Shown: positions 49,401 through 61,521, counted from the stretch's first letter. The stretch is 64,000 nucleotides of DNA from Paraphysomonas bandaiensis (GCA_965644295.1 CBFFRP010000369.1:1-64000), one strand, 5' to 3'. The notes: generated by a model from the letters alone, not told the origin. Translations and numbers: made by a program.

Positions 49401-50606
49401 ATTCCTCCATGCTCATCATAGTCTCCAGCCAGCACCTCTCTACCAGTGTTTAACTCTACAATTCTCGGTACTCTAAGTAGTTCCAATCCACACACCAGTG
49501 CCCGCAGCATTCCGCCTGAGACAATATTCTTCACCGCATCTTCACATACTTTGATGCCTTCTCTTTTGCCAGTGTTGAAAGCTTCCTACTCCTTGAGTCT
49601 CCATTGCTGACCCCTTCTTCGTCAGAGATATGACTCCTGGCTCTGCTTCATATTTCTCTAGCACTCTATGATCTTTAACAACAATGAATAGCTGCTTTCC
49701 GGCACAACTGTCTAGATACACTCGTTGGTCTACTGTTTCAGTCATAAGCACTTCACCATCTATCATATTGGACTCCCCTCCAGATGAGACATCATCATCT
49801 TCATATTAGCACCATTCCGCCGATGAACTCCGTCTCTGTCTCTGTTCATGTGTATGTTCAGCACTCTCTGCTCGTTAACTATGAACAGCTGCACTGCTCT
49901 GCTGCTCTGCTCAGTGTACAAGGCAGTTTTAGTAGAAAATACATTTCAGCCTATCAATCTCTATTTCGACCATATCATTGGCCAATATTTACAAGCTGGT
50001 ATTTCGCTGTAGTCTTTTGGAGTACTACTCCCAACTCACTCCTAGACCTATCCACAAGCGTTTGAAGCATATGATTGGACAAAACCTCCTTATTCGGATC
50101 ATCGTCTGGTAGTCGCCTCCATGTATCGGCTGGCACCCTCCAATACATCTGCGTCATGTTCACATGCCTCCCAAATCGTTACAACACACGTGTCGTTTCA
50201 CTTGTCAAACTTCAGCACCTTGCTGTCCTCCTTCGCCTCATCAGAGCTACCACTCGCTACCATGTTAGCTTTGGACATTTCACTGAAGTTAACTTTGCTC
50301 TACGCGTAAACCGTAACCTTGCTGTTGAACACAATGCACTTTCAAGTAAGAAATTATAATTATTATTCTGAACACTTCACTACATATTCGTGTAACATAT
50401 GTTGAAACATCTGTTCCCAGCAACACCTGTTTATCATATGTTCATCAGTCAGTTCTATATCTTGTATAGTCACACATCAGTAACTGAATTTAATTCCTTT
50501 GTAACTATAATCACCCGTTACACCTATGAGTTGACTTTACCTATTGCACACTGTTAACTCACTTCAATTGCACAATATATATCACATCATATTGCAGAAC
50601 TCAACA
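46439..50606 (-). mobile_element. Ty1/copia LTR retrotransposon, internally decayed
   Basis: 344-bp TG...CA LTRs at 46439-46782 and 50263-50606; 5-bp TSD GGCCA; PBS-like TGGTAGCGAG next to the 5' LTR; PPT GAGTGGGAG; fragments of protease (VYLDSCA), integrase C-terminus (WGCKAYVLVP) and RT. Confidence 0.96.
46927..47850 (-). pseudogene. Copia pol C-terminal fragment (end of RT + RNase H)
   Basis: YRPLLGALLYL..TRPDISYAV, FTDADWAGD..RRSTSGY, HQRSKHIEIKYH, QMADIYTKAL. Upstream pol is broken by frameshifts and deletions. Confidence 0.92.
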
Positions 50607-51058
50607 GGCCATTAATGGTTACCAGGCCCTGCTTCACTTAGCCCGAATAATGCTGTAGGAGTTAACAGTTCGGCTTTCAGTACTGACGCTCGGCATGATC
50701 TTGATTTGGAGGAATCTGCTTTAGTTACATCAGTGGTAATAATAATGTATAAAACAACTAATTTTTCGTATATATAACGGTTTTAAAATTAAAATATTGC
50801 GTTTGTAAAATTGAAATATATTCAATATACAAGATCATGACTATGGACTAAGATCTGATACTTTTATTATAAAGTCCACAAAATCAGATTAGATAAGTTA
50901 TTATGACGTTCGTCATATTTGGTGATAGTACAATTGTAATGCTATTATAATTCATGATCATCGTCATATGTATGTAAGCAAGACCACAACATAAATACAT
51001 ATTATTGCCCGGCTACATCTAATACAAGAGTAGTTGCATCTCGGATATAAATTTGTCT

Positions 51059-53188
51059 TCACTGATCCAATCCCTTTCGTAAGTATGCAAAAGCTCCAAA
51101 ACCTAAAACATTGTACATGAAATAAACTTTAAATATAAACGGAAGCCACGATGCCACAGCATTATCTACCTCATGTTGATTCGGGTGACTATCGTCATCT
51201 GCGATAGCCTGTGCAGTAGCCATCATGCGCCTCAGATCAATTTTTTTCTGTCTCTGTACACTTGTTGGCTCGCTACTATTTGTGTCCGGCGTACGTTTCA
51301 ATCCGCCAAACGAAAAAAACTTGCTAAATATTGACCGCCGAGAGGACCCAGCATTGGCGGATTGATCATATGAAGTGTCGGAGGCTACACTGTGGGAGCT
51401 GTCTCCCACCAACCGTATCTATGGATAAATTTGTAAGACATTATGAATTATTGTATGAATACACATCTGTACCGGAGCCTTATCATTCTTGGCCCACTCC
51501 ATGATGCTGTGGAAAGACACTGGCTGGATCCAGTCTGGTACAAACGATGTACTGTTGCTGTTATCATGAGAGGCACTCAAAGACATAGCACTCAAGGGTT
51601 CCTTATCGAGTACAGGGCCTTCTTTTCTCTTCAAGTACACGACATACGCACTATATATTACAAGTGGGACGCACAACAACACAAGCCAGGCATATTTTGC
51701 ATGGTTAGGTTCACTATGAGCATCATGCTTCCCCTGTAGGGAAATATCATTGCCAGTCCATATATATGCGCATCCAGTCCGACGCTCCCCGGAGTTGATT
51801 CCATTCGTATCACCTACCACGAAATGACCCGCTCTTATTGCCACGGAGACACCAACTCGACTGTATTTATTATCTGCTGAGGATGATGTCCCCGGATCAA
51901 GAAATTGATTACTCCAATGCCCACTATGGGTCCATCCATCACCACTTGAAGAAAACAAATATACCGAAGCGTTTACCCCTAACACTCCGTCACCCGGTGC
52001 ACCCACCACTATGTTGCCGTGGTTTATTCGTACACTATACCCGAACATACCGAACTGCTCCACCTCCGCCAAGGTGCCGAGCTCAACTACCCGTCCCCAC
52101 CACTCTGCATAATTCCCACCACCCTCTATTGGTGCATACCCCAAACGATAAACATGCGCCCCGCCAGATTGCACCTCTACGACATTTCCTTCTCCCTCTT
52201 GCTCGATATATCTGGTCATCAGATATTGGCCGACAACTACTTCACTCCCCCACACCGCCACACTGTGACCGAAGTACGTCGTAGTTTGCATATCTGGCGG
52301 TTCAAGCCGACTCACGAGCTCATACATTGTACCTGCTTCTAGGCCGTAGTATACATCGTCATAGAAACCTTGCTCAGTTACATTGCGGGCATAAATATAG
52401 ACTACCCCAGTTCTACTATTCGCCCAAGGTGCTCCGACAACCAGTCGAGACATGTGAATGTCAATACTCCAACCGAAATTCAAGTACGGTAAAGGATCCT
52501 CTGGAAATAAAACAGAATCTAACACCCAACCATCCGGTACAGGGGGGGTGTAGTCATCATCCCCAGCTGCACTGATGCCAAGGGATCGGGAGGCCGCTCC
52601 TTCATCGACGCGATAGGTGTACACTACTCCACACTGTGTATAGAGGTCACTATTGCCAACTGCACCCACAGCAAGAAGTTGGTCTTTCAACACCACGCTC
52701 CATCCGAAATGTTCGTTCTTGCTCGGCCCGTCGGAATAAAATATCCCATATTCGTCCCAGACACCATCTGTTTTGGAATACATGTACACTGCACCCGAGT
52801 TCGTGTATTGAGCATCATCACCATACGCACCAACTACAGCTGTGTCGTCATTACATGACACACTCCACCCAAAATAATCGGAATCCCCGCCTAGACTCGG
52901 TCTTAGTTTCGCTTGTATATCCCACCCCCCTGATGATGAGAGGCCATACACATAAGCCGTACCCGACTCCACTGATCGAGATGTGTCCTCATAAGAGCCC
53001 ACTATCAGTGACTCTCCACATAATGCCACACTACTACCATAACTATCCCCCTCCTCTCCGTCCTTAGAGTACAGTTTATAAGCATCAGATTCGCTGAATC
53101 CCCACTTGGAATATCCTTCTATACACACACACAGATACAGACACAGACAGACAGAGAGAGAGGAAAACAACTGCATGAGTAGATGCAT
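51059..53188 (-). CDS. FG-GAP repeat (integrin-alpha-like propeller) type I membrane protein, intron 51419-51472
   Basis: Signal peptide; about 6-7 repeats such as YFGWSVSCNDDTAVVGAYGDD...SGAVYMY; TM YAWLVLLCVPLVIYSAYVVYL; Ser-rich tail continues in ORF 51059-51412. Confidence 0.88.
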
Positions 53189-53852
53189 GCTGCGCTATAT
53201 TATGATATGCGATTACACTCACGGCATCATGAGTATATATATGTATGTATGTGTATATTATTCCCCATCACATGACATCACCTCATGCTCATATCATACT
53301 ATAGAACACACACGCTGCTGTACATACCACACTACCACACTACTCATATGTGCAGAATAGGCACTTGTACCTCAAAATACAGCACTGTACTCCATACTGC
53401 TGTATGTCATACGTATAATATTCGGATATCTACTGTGGAAAATTGGCTAAAAATTTAGATTATTATGTACAATGAGAATACCAGGTATACAGACACAATA
53501 CAGTACAACCATTGGTACATATGTACGGATAATATATGTACCAATGAGATCTCGACATAAAGCGATGAGGTTCATCGATTGGTTTATAATCCTTCTATTA
53601 ACCATCCATCTCTCTTTGCGGGAGTCTTATTGTGTGAATAGGAATACATGTATACGGTATACGGTATACTACATACATACGGTGCTGTTAATGGAGTGTT
53701 GAGCAGTGCGGTCATTCAGCACACACTCATATATATATACATGTACATGTACTCACCATGACACATGCCCTCGTTCATATCCTTCACTAGTACAGTAATC
53801 TAATGTGTCTCATCTCTCTCCTATCTCTCTCTGTATTGGTGTGACTCTAGTT

Positions 53853-55940
53853 ATGGTTCGAGACAGAGGCGTATACGCATATGCGTGCATGTGTGTGTGC
53901 ATGTGTATCACTCTGACAGCCGTCAGCTGCTCATCATCTGCCGCCCATGATAACACACAGCATATGGAGTTTCACGATACACTGTCTGGATCGGGATCAA
54001 GGGGATCCATGCAGAGCAAGTGGGTCCAGTACATAGCCGCAGATGACTCAAGTGTGGTTAAAGTTGAGTGGATATTCAGATCTGTACGCGGATTAACTCA
54101 ACGATTGAAAACGGAACATTGTGAGCCTGTGACATGGGTTGTGTCTCTTAATAACTCGTCCATTGGACAGTCCACCTGTATGTGGTCAATGAGAAGAGGC
54201 CTCTGCTCGTCTGGCTGTGTATTACCTCGTCCTAATATACGGAACACCTACTTTTATATTGATCCATTAGATCTCCTTTTCAATATATCCTCTTTCAGCC
54301 ATAACACCGAAGCATATAATCTTTGGGATCACACTCTATCGACAAAGGAATATACTGTTGTAGACACTGAGATATCAATGACCGAAACTAAATACTTGAG
54401 GTCTTTAAGTAGCGGATATTCGGAAGATTGGAAGAGTGCCAAGCCCCTCCGACTCTTTTCTTCTGACGGGTATTCCTATGATAACTTTGGCACTAGTTTG
54501 AGCATGCACAGTGATGTCACGGCTGTGGGAGCAGTAACGAGAGACCGTGGTGGTCTTGTGTTCGTCTTCTATCGACAAGGGAAGGACTTCTTTCAAGACC
54601 CTTACCCTCTGGCAGGGTACCAAGAATATTCCAATGACTTTTTCGGTTGGAGTTTGGATGTTTACGATCGCTCAATCGCCGTTGGAGCTTACCAGACTGT
54701 TGTTCAAGGCGAAGATGCCACCTCAGTCGGTGCGGTGTATGTATTCCTGCACATGTCATCTGGGTGGACGGTAGAATCATTTATACGAATTGCTCGAGAG
54801 CGTGACGGTAAGGACAAAGAAGATGATAACGCGCCACGTTACGATAATTTTGGTTGGTCTCTGAGTCTCTATGACAACACTCTAGTCGTTGGAGCTTATG
54901 GGGATGATAGTATGGGGACCTCAGCAGGAGCTGTCTATGTGTACGATCGGTTGGAAGGGCGTGCCTTCTCCTGGTCTCTGACCCAAAAACTTGTCGCAGA
55001 TGATGGGATGGCATATGCATCATTTGGATGGAGTGTGAGCCTCTACGAGAATGTGACAGCAGTGGGTGCGTATGGCGACAGTAGCGTGGACTCGTATATG
55101 GGGGCAGTATACGTGTTCCACCGTACGGATAATATGTTCTGGACGCTTGCTTCTAAGCTGGTTCCTGCAGATGGAGGAGTAAATGATTTCTTTGGGTGGG
55201 ATGTAGAGGTATGGGGAGATGTGCTTGTGTCAGGGTCCCACAGCTGGGCGTATACAGGCTCTATGGATGAGGTCCCAGTTGGTGCCGTCTACACGTATAC
55301 CCGTGATATCACGTCATCGATATCAGAGAATGGAGTATGGGGAGCAGAGTACAAGTTGAAACCAATCGATGCGGCCACGAGATACTTTGGTAATTCTGTC
55401 TCTCTGGCAGACAATACAATGGTAGTGGGTGCATTCGGGGATGCTAGCAATATGGAAGAATCTGGAAGTGCCTTTGTATACACTGCGACGTCGCACTCAT
55501 CCACCCATGAAAATGGTGACCCTATTACATCAGTCCATTGGTCAAAGCGTATTAAGTTATCAACAAATAGCACAGAGGGGTATATGGACTTTGGGTACAG
55601 TGTTGCGGTTTACGATGGTGTTGCACTGGTTGGTGCTGTGCGAGCTGATGGAGCTGTTGCGGACTCGGGGGCGGTGTTTGCATTCGTAAGATCTGTGGAT
55701 AAATCATCCCTAGGAAACCCAGTGAGCGAAACCACCTACATAGCCCTAGTATCTTTTCTTCCTGTGCTTTTTGCTATTGTATGTGCAGTTATTGGTATAG
55801 CAATGATTTTCTTGAAACCTGACAAGTCGTCCCAAATAACTGTGGTTGATGAAAGTGTCTATGGAAAAGATGACCATAGCGGCCACGATATATCTGCTCA
55901 TTCTGTCACAAGTCTTATTCCCCACCATTCCGGGAGTTAG
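53853..55940 (+). CDS. FG-GAP repeat type I membrane protein with an extra N-terminal domain
   Basis: Signal-like N-terminus from ATG 53853; 7 repeats such as NFGWSLSLYDNTLVVGAYGDD..AGAVYVY; TM YIALVSFLPVLFAIVCAVIGIAMIFL; short tail. Confidence 0.9.
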   Translation: MVRDRGVYAYACMCVCMCITLTAVSCSSSAAHDNTQHMEFHDTLSGSGSRGSMQSKWVQYIAADDSSVVKVEWIFRSVRGLTQRLKTEHCEPVTWVVSLNNSSIGQSTCMWSMRRGLCSSGCVLPRPNIRNTYFYIDPLDLLFNISSFSHNTEAYNLWDHTLSTKEYTVVDTEISMTETKYLRSLSSGYSEDWKSAKPLRLFSSDGYSYDNFGTSLSMHSDVTAVGAVTRDRGGLVFVFYRQGKDFFQDPYPLAGYQEYSNDFFGWSLDVYDRSIAVGAYQTVVQGEDATSVGAVYVFLHMSSGWTVESFIRIARERDGKDKEDDNAPRYDNFGWSLSLYDNTLVVGAYGDDSMGTSAGAVYVYDRLEGRAFSWSLTQKLVADDGMAYASFGWSVSLYENVTAVGAYGDSSVDSYMGAVYVFHRTDNMFWTLASKLVPADGGVNDFFGWDVEVWGDVLVSGSHSWAYTGSMDEVPVGAVYTYTRDITSSISENGVWGAEYKLKPIDAATRYFGNSVSLADNTMVVGAFGDASNMEESGSAFVYTATSHSSTHENGDPITSVHWSKRIKLSTNSTEGYMDFGYSVAVYDGVALVGAVRADGAVADSGAVFAFVRSVDKSSLGNPVSETTYIALVSFLPVLFAIVCAVIGIAMIFLKPDKSSQITVVDESVYGKDDHSGHDISAHSVTSLIPHHSGS

Positions 55941-56739
55941 CTGTCAGTAGGATGCAGTATACGCATGATATATATATATAGAAACAGTGCAAGTTTTAAA
56001 GAGTATATAGTTTAGATTTTTGCTGGGTTCATATTATGTGTGGTTATTTTTTAGGACTGCTGTAAAATATAAATAATGTTTTGAACATGCTGTGTAGTGC
56101 ACTAAATGCTTGGGTATTAATTATTGAACCTAGTATATATTGAAACCGTTCGTCACTATAAATTATGATAGTGGCTTCGAAATTGTACTTAATGCTTCAA
56201 ACCTGTCAACTTTCAGTTGAAGCCTACTCACAAATTCCGCTCGCGTATACGTACGCATTACAAGTAGCTCAAAGTGCTGCCTATCAGAAGAAGAAAACCT
56301 TTTGATGACATTGTGGATTCTCTTCTTTGCCCCACCATATTCCCAACGAATTGTAATTACAATTTATACATATTTTAAAAACGTTTTACTATCACCACTA
56401 GCACATTGCTAGGGTACGCTCTCGGTTTGTCATCTGAATCTAAATATAGTAGTATACAGTAAGTACAAGTGAATAATGGAGCGTAGCAAGCTGGGGCAAT
56501 TGTTGAGATCTGAAGATTCTATATACTTGCAATTGAGTGCAGTATTATGTGAGATGCAAGGATCGAAAGATATATATGTAATTAGTACATTATATTGTGT
56601 AGTATGAAACTGAAGTAGAAGTGGGTGACTATACAGGATACGATCACTGAGTGTGTGGTTTGTAGACTATAGTAGTATATGAATGGTGTTGAACACATCG
56701 AACACAACTTAGGTTCTTTATCATGTAATGTTTATAATT

Positions 56740-57366
56740 TCATCTTAGTGATTATGCAGCAATACAGAGGATGACGAAGCTGAAGTTGGCTATATGCAGA
56801 AAAAATTCTTCAATCAGCTCAAAAAATTAAGAAACGGAAAGTTGAAATATCTAAGTACAGGTGCACGAGTCATGTAGTATGTACTACCAGTACATGTGAA
56901 TGCCTGTTCAGCGCAGCAAAACTGATTATATATCAGTGCTGCGCAAACGTATGCATCCTACTACACTTAATATGATGTTGCTTCTGAAAACTAACCGACA
57001 GTTGTGGCCGGATGCAAGCATATTTCAATTAATATGGGATAAATATGGTGATGATGATGTCACCGATGATGACTCAGAGGGTGATAATGAAGAAACTTTT
57101 AATTAGTTAAGAGTAGTGGGTTGATTATCAAGTGACCTTAGACTTTATAATGACAAGTACTAAAAACTACGGATGTAATTACTTACTGATTAGTCATACT
57201 AATATATGGCAATAGCATTGTTGGGCCGGTTTAAAAACTCCATAAATACTATTGATGGAACGCTATCTAACAATAGTATTGCAATATATTTTTTCCTATC
57301 CCTGAATTACGGGATGACTTGAAGCATTAGCAATAACCCGCGACAATTAATTGTTACCCAGCCCTG
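56740..57366 (+). mobile_element. Decayed hAT transposon 3' part (dimerisation-domain remnant plus terminal repeat-like ends)
   Basis: Frameshifted TTSTCECLFSAAKLII / RKRMHPTTLNMMLLLKTNRQLW. Right ends read CAGGGATAGG (57304) and CAGGGCTGGGTAACAATTAATTG (57366) on the reverse strand. Left end not identified. Confidence 0.75.
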
Positions 57367-57784
57367 ATACAGAGGAGCATGTAATCGCAAAGAGACGTAT
57401 TATCAAAAATGTGTGGTTGGGTATCAGTTGTTTGATCAAACCAGTAGCCCTACAGCAACAAGATACTTGACAATAAATATATTTGGTTAGTTGTTTCCAT
57501 AGATTATAGAATTACTGCACACTTTCTTCGCGAGTTCTAAAATCAATGTTCAGCAAATTTTAATGCATTTATATGATCGATATTTCATTGACTTAATGTA
57601 CTTTCCATTGATAATTTACCGCGGGAAATCGACTAGTTGGATTGGCTTAAGACAAAATATGCGTACAGTTTTAAAAACAAACTCCGGTCAAAAATACGTA
57701 TTTACACTGAGAAACTTTCACTACTGCAGCCAACCAAAAGCGAGAGTTTTATGCGCACTGTGATACGCCTATATGCACATCATA

Positions 57785-58897
57785 TCATCGTCCTGCCGAC
57801 TGCGCTCTGTTCGATCCTGGGAGTTTATTAGCCCCAGAATCCGAGAGGGTCATTCGTATTCTAAGTACTGCGTTTCCTGACGGAGGCCGCTCCCTCGGCT
57901 TCTTTTTCAAGGGAGGCATTGACTTGGCACGTGACATAGATGGGAACTCACGTTCAGGGAGGTCAGTGACGAGATGTGACAAGGGTGTAGAAATTTGCAT
58001 CGCTGTTTGTATCGAGGCATGTACCTGCCGCCCTACCTCCGAGGCTCGGGCCAGCACATCTGCATCCGGAGGGGAACTGAGAACACTCATAATATGATTG
58101 TTCTCTATATATAACTCATTGCTAGTTCGTTCTGCATAGTCATATATGCAACTGTCAGTATCAGCAAAGCTTGGGCGATGTGAATCTTCTATGGAGTCAA
58201 GACTGCCCCACTTAGAATCAGCGTAGGCAAGATACCGCTCTCGTATGACCCCCCTAAGTAATGCTGTGTCAGCAGCGTCCATAGTGCTAGAATTAGTCTC
58301 CAAAAGGTCAACATTGCTCGAGCTTGCCGAAGAGTTTCTTGCTCGGCGAAGGTCCGAAATAGAATGAGCAGAATGGGCTTTCTTCTTCTTGTGCTTCCAG
58401 GACTGCCGTATGTACCGCTTACGACTGGATATTATATCCCCGCAGTTGGACAAACGCCACTGCACGTTTAGATTAATAAAATTATTTACTGCACGGTTAA
58501 ATATGGCCGTGATTCGGTCGATATATTTCACATGTTTCGTAGGAGAGGGTGCTCGCATTGAAGCTGTCAGTAAGTTTAAGTCCACCTCGAGAAACTCCCT
58601 CAACAAACAGTTATCTGACGGAACTAACGATAAGACAGAAAGCAAATACAAATCCAGTTCTTTCATTCGGGTCAGTATAACATCATCGTAATACTTTCCC
58701 AAAATAACCTTAGGTGGCAGGCGCCTCGGTATATTATACCCCGCTTTCCGTATCTTCCTGTCGAAACGATCAAACTCACTGTATCTCTTCCTCGTCGCCC
58801 ACTCCTGTCCATGAAAAACAACCTTGATTACATACTCCACATGACCGGCTAACCCATAGCCTACAGTGTAACGCTGAATAGTTGCAGTGACAGCCAT
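57785..58897 (-). CDS. PX-domain protein
   Basis: HVEYVIKV...WATRKRYSEFDRF...LPPK...RMKELDLYL...LREFLE. Confidence 0.88.
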   Translation of the reverse strand: MAVTATIQRYTVGYGLAGHVEYVIKVVFHGQEWATRKRYSEFDRFDRKIRKAGYNIPRRLPPKVILGKYYDDVILTRMKELDLYLLSVLSLVPSDNCLLREFLEVDLNLLTASMRAPSPTKHVKYIDRITAIFNRAVNNFINLNVQWRLSNCGDIISSRKRYIRQSWKHKKKKAHSAHSISDLRRARNSSASSSNVDLLETNSSTMDAADTALLRGVIRERYLAYADSKWGSLDSIEDSHRPSFADTDSCIYDYAERTSNELYIENNHIMSVLSSPPDADVLARASEVGRQVHASIQTAMQISTPLSHLVTDLPEREFPSMSRAKSMPPLKKKPRERPPSGNAVLRIRMTLSDSGANKLPGSNRAQSAGR

Positions 58898-59118
58898 GAT
58901 ATTGTCAAGTAACCATACAGACTACCATAAGACTCTATACTCCACTCTACAATCAGACAACACACACAGAATACCCTAACACAGGAAACACTGATACAGA
59001 GGTACTGCTAATAAGTGTGCAGTCGTCAAGACTATTGCATTGTGTAGAGGCCTTGATTATACCACACATCTAAAGTTCCACTAATAACAGCAACCACAAC
59101 AACACACATACAAATATA

Positions 59119-59379
59119 TACATACATACATACATACATACATACATACATACATACATACATACATACATACATACATACATACATACATACATACATA
59201 CATACATACATACATACATACATACATACATACATACATACATACATACATACATACCTACATACATACATACATACCATACATACATACATACATACAT
59301 ACATACATACATACATACATACATACATACATACATACATACATACATACATACATACATACATACATACATACATACA
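59119..59379. repeat. (CATA)n tetranucleotide array, about 260 bp
   Basis: Direct observation; two variant units. Confidence 0.98.
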
Positions 59380-59621
59380 GATATGTATATGTACAACACC
59401 AGTATACCACAGTATACCCTATGTATACAACTCAATTTGTATATTTAACCAATCACACGCCAGATAAATATATCACATTGTTCTCATTTGCTAATATTAT
59501 ACTAAACAGTGGTCATCATACTCTGTCGTACATGTACTGAAACGGACTTAAAGAGGATGTCTTCAAACTATTAGCTACCTTAAGTTAACTTCTTTATCCG
59601 CTTACAGAGTGTACACCGATA

Positions 59622-60316
59622 ATGGGAGGAGGGATATCTCGACCGAAGCTATTTGAATTGGAGCACACTCCCGAGTTTAATGAGATGACTTCGAAGTTGC
59701 ATCTCTCTGAAGAAGATGTGAAGCACTTTTGGAAGGCATTCTGCCAGATTGGTAACACCGCACCCATGTTGAGTTCTAAGTATTGATGATTCTTGTAGAT
59801 ACGTCAAAGAATAATTTTATTGCACTTGACGAGTTTCAGAACTATTACCGAATCCATGAAGACAGGAAAGTATTTTTCTTAAAAATGGCCTACTCTCGCA
59901 CTGTTACTAATAAACACCGTGAAGTTAACTTTTTCGACTATGTGAGCCACACTTGGGACTATTTGACCTTAGATCTTTCGGCTTTTGTTTTTCAGCTGTA
60001 CGATAAAGATGGTTCGCAATCGCTGAATAGAGATGAATATTCGAAGATTGCCGAATGTGTATATGGAATCAAATTTGGCGAAAATAAAATTCTAGATGAC
60101 CAGCTGAAGAGAAGCGATGCAGATGGTAGTGGACAAATTTCGTACAGTGAGTTTGTAGAGCTTACGAAGCGAAATCAACACATCAACCGCGAAGCATTTT
60201 ATGTCCAGGACGCCATGAAGCAACACATTGGTGGAGAAAAGTTTTGGAACAAAAAAATTGAAGATAGAAAGGCAACAATGGGAAACAAAACTTTGCACCA
60301 GATTTTGAAATCATAG
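59622..60316 (+). CDS. N-myristoylated EF-hand calcium sensor (calcineurin-B/NCS-like), one intron about 59752-59798
   Basis: MGGGIS myristoylation consensus; EF loops DTSKNNFIALDE, DKDGSQSLNRDE and DADGSGQISYSE. Confidence 0.88.
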
Positions 60317-60396
60317 ATTTAGGAATGTACTTTCCGTGCTGGTATCCGATATTTGGCCCTGTGTGTGCTGTAAAGGATTTGTTAGAAACAATATAC

Positions 60397-61044
60397 TAGG
60401 GGGCGATAACAATATATTGCAATATATTGCCAGCAAAATTAAATAATAATAATATTTTAAAGACCAATAATTATTAAATATGTTGCAATATATTGATATA
60501 TATTGGGCGCTACGAAGAAGAAATGAGCTCGATCGGCAGTAACTAGTTTTAGTAGAGGATACAATACATAATGATGAATACCCAATAACAATGCAGCAAC
60601 CAGTACTCTTTGTCACTGTCGTCCTATTCTCGTCCTGATCAGGCGGTCCATGATCGATGACCTGTTGCACAGTCTTTGCGGTCCACAAGTGCTTGTTGAA
60701 GCGCAGAAACAGCAGCAGTTCAAGCAGTTTGGAGTTTACTATTTGGTGAATAGCTTGACAGAGACAGTGCAAATTCTTATGCTGAACATGAATAGCGTTT
60801 TTCGTTGCAGGTATGCATCAGAATTGTTTGATGTTATAATAATATATGAGTTATATGTGAACATGAAGAGTATTTATGGTTAATCAAATATATTTCTAAG
60901 ACACACAAGCATGAGCAATATATGTCAATATATTGCAATATATTGCGAGGCCAAGTTTTGCACAAATAATAATTAATATATTGTGGCAAGTAAAAATAAA
61001 TAATTGATATATATTGCAATCCAATATGTATTTACCTGGCCCTG
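60397..61044. mobile_element. Non-autonomous hAT-like MITE, 648 bp
   Basis: 8-bp TSD CAATATAC at 60389-60396 and 61045-61052; ends TAGGG.../...CCCTG; multiple subterminal CAATATATTG palindromes at both ends. Confidence 0.82.
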
Positions 61045-61521
61045 CAATATACAGATAGTACGATAGTACTATCTTGTCTAGCTAAACTCCCGACTGGCTT
61101 CCGAATAGCAGGTAACTAGAGTTATATTTGAAGTACTTACTATAAAGTTCTTCCCATATAGTAGCTATTAAATTTGATTTGTCAGCGCCCAATCGTGTTG
61201 CAGATTGTTTTCTACGTAATGTATATTATATCTTTTGGTAGTACATGCACGACACTACTTGTAATGGTGTACTCAGTGCTTACTCCCCTTATGAATCAGG
61301 AGTAGAACGCACCCCAACACGTCTACATTGCTTTCGAATGTAGAAGAGATGATCAATAATTATATTAAACCAAAATACGATATTCAACTCATATGAAATT
61401 ACCTCATATGATATTATGTAATTAACACACTTGAGTTTAATTCGAATATATCTAATCCCAATCACCTTCACTCTAAATTACAAACGAACTACATATAGCG
61501 TAAACACTAAATATATATGTG

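Larger units (their letters stand above)
45993..50631. mobile_element. Non-autonomous hAT element (MITE, about 466 bp) interrupted by a copia insertion
   Basis: TIR CAGGGCCTGGTAACCATTAATGG at 45993 and inverted ending at 50631. 8-bp TSD CTTCACTT at 45985-45992 and 50632-50639. Subterminal repeats CCATTAATG and CCATTATAATTGCCGGGACATTTTT. Confidence 0.93.

Noticed and set aside
61053-61082. Hairpin AGATAGTAC-GATA-GTACTATCT followed by CTAG as a Helitron 3' end
   Set aside because: The hairpin is AT-rich, the spacing to CTAG is too short, the next base is not T, and no 5' end was found.
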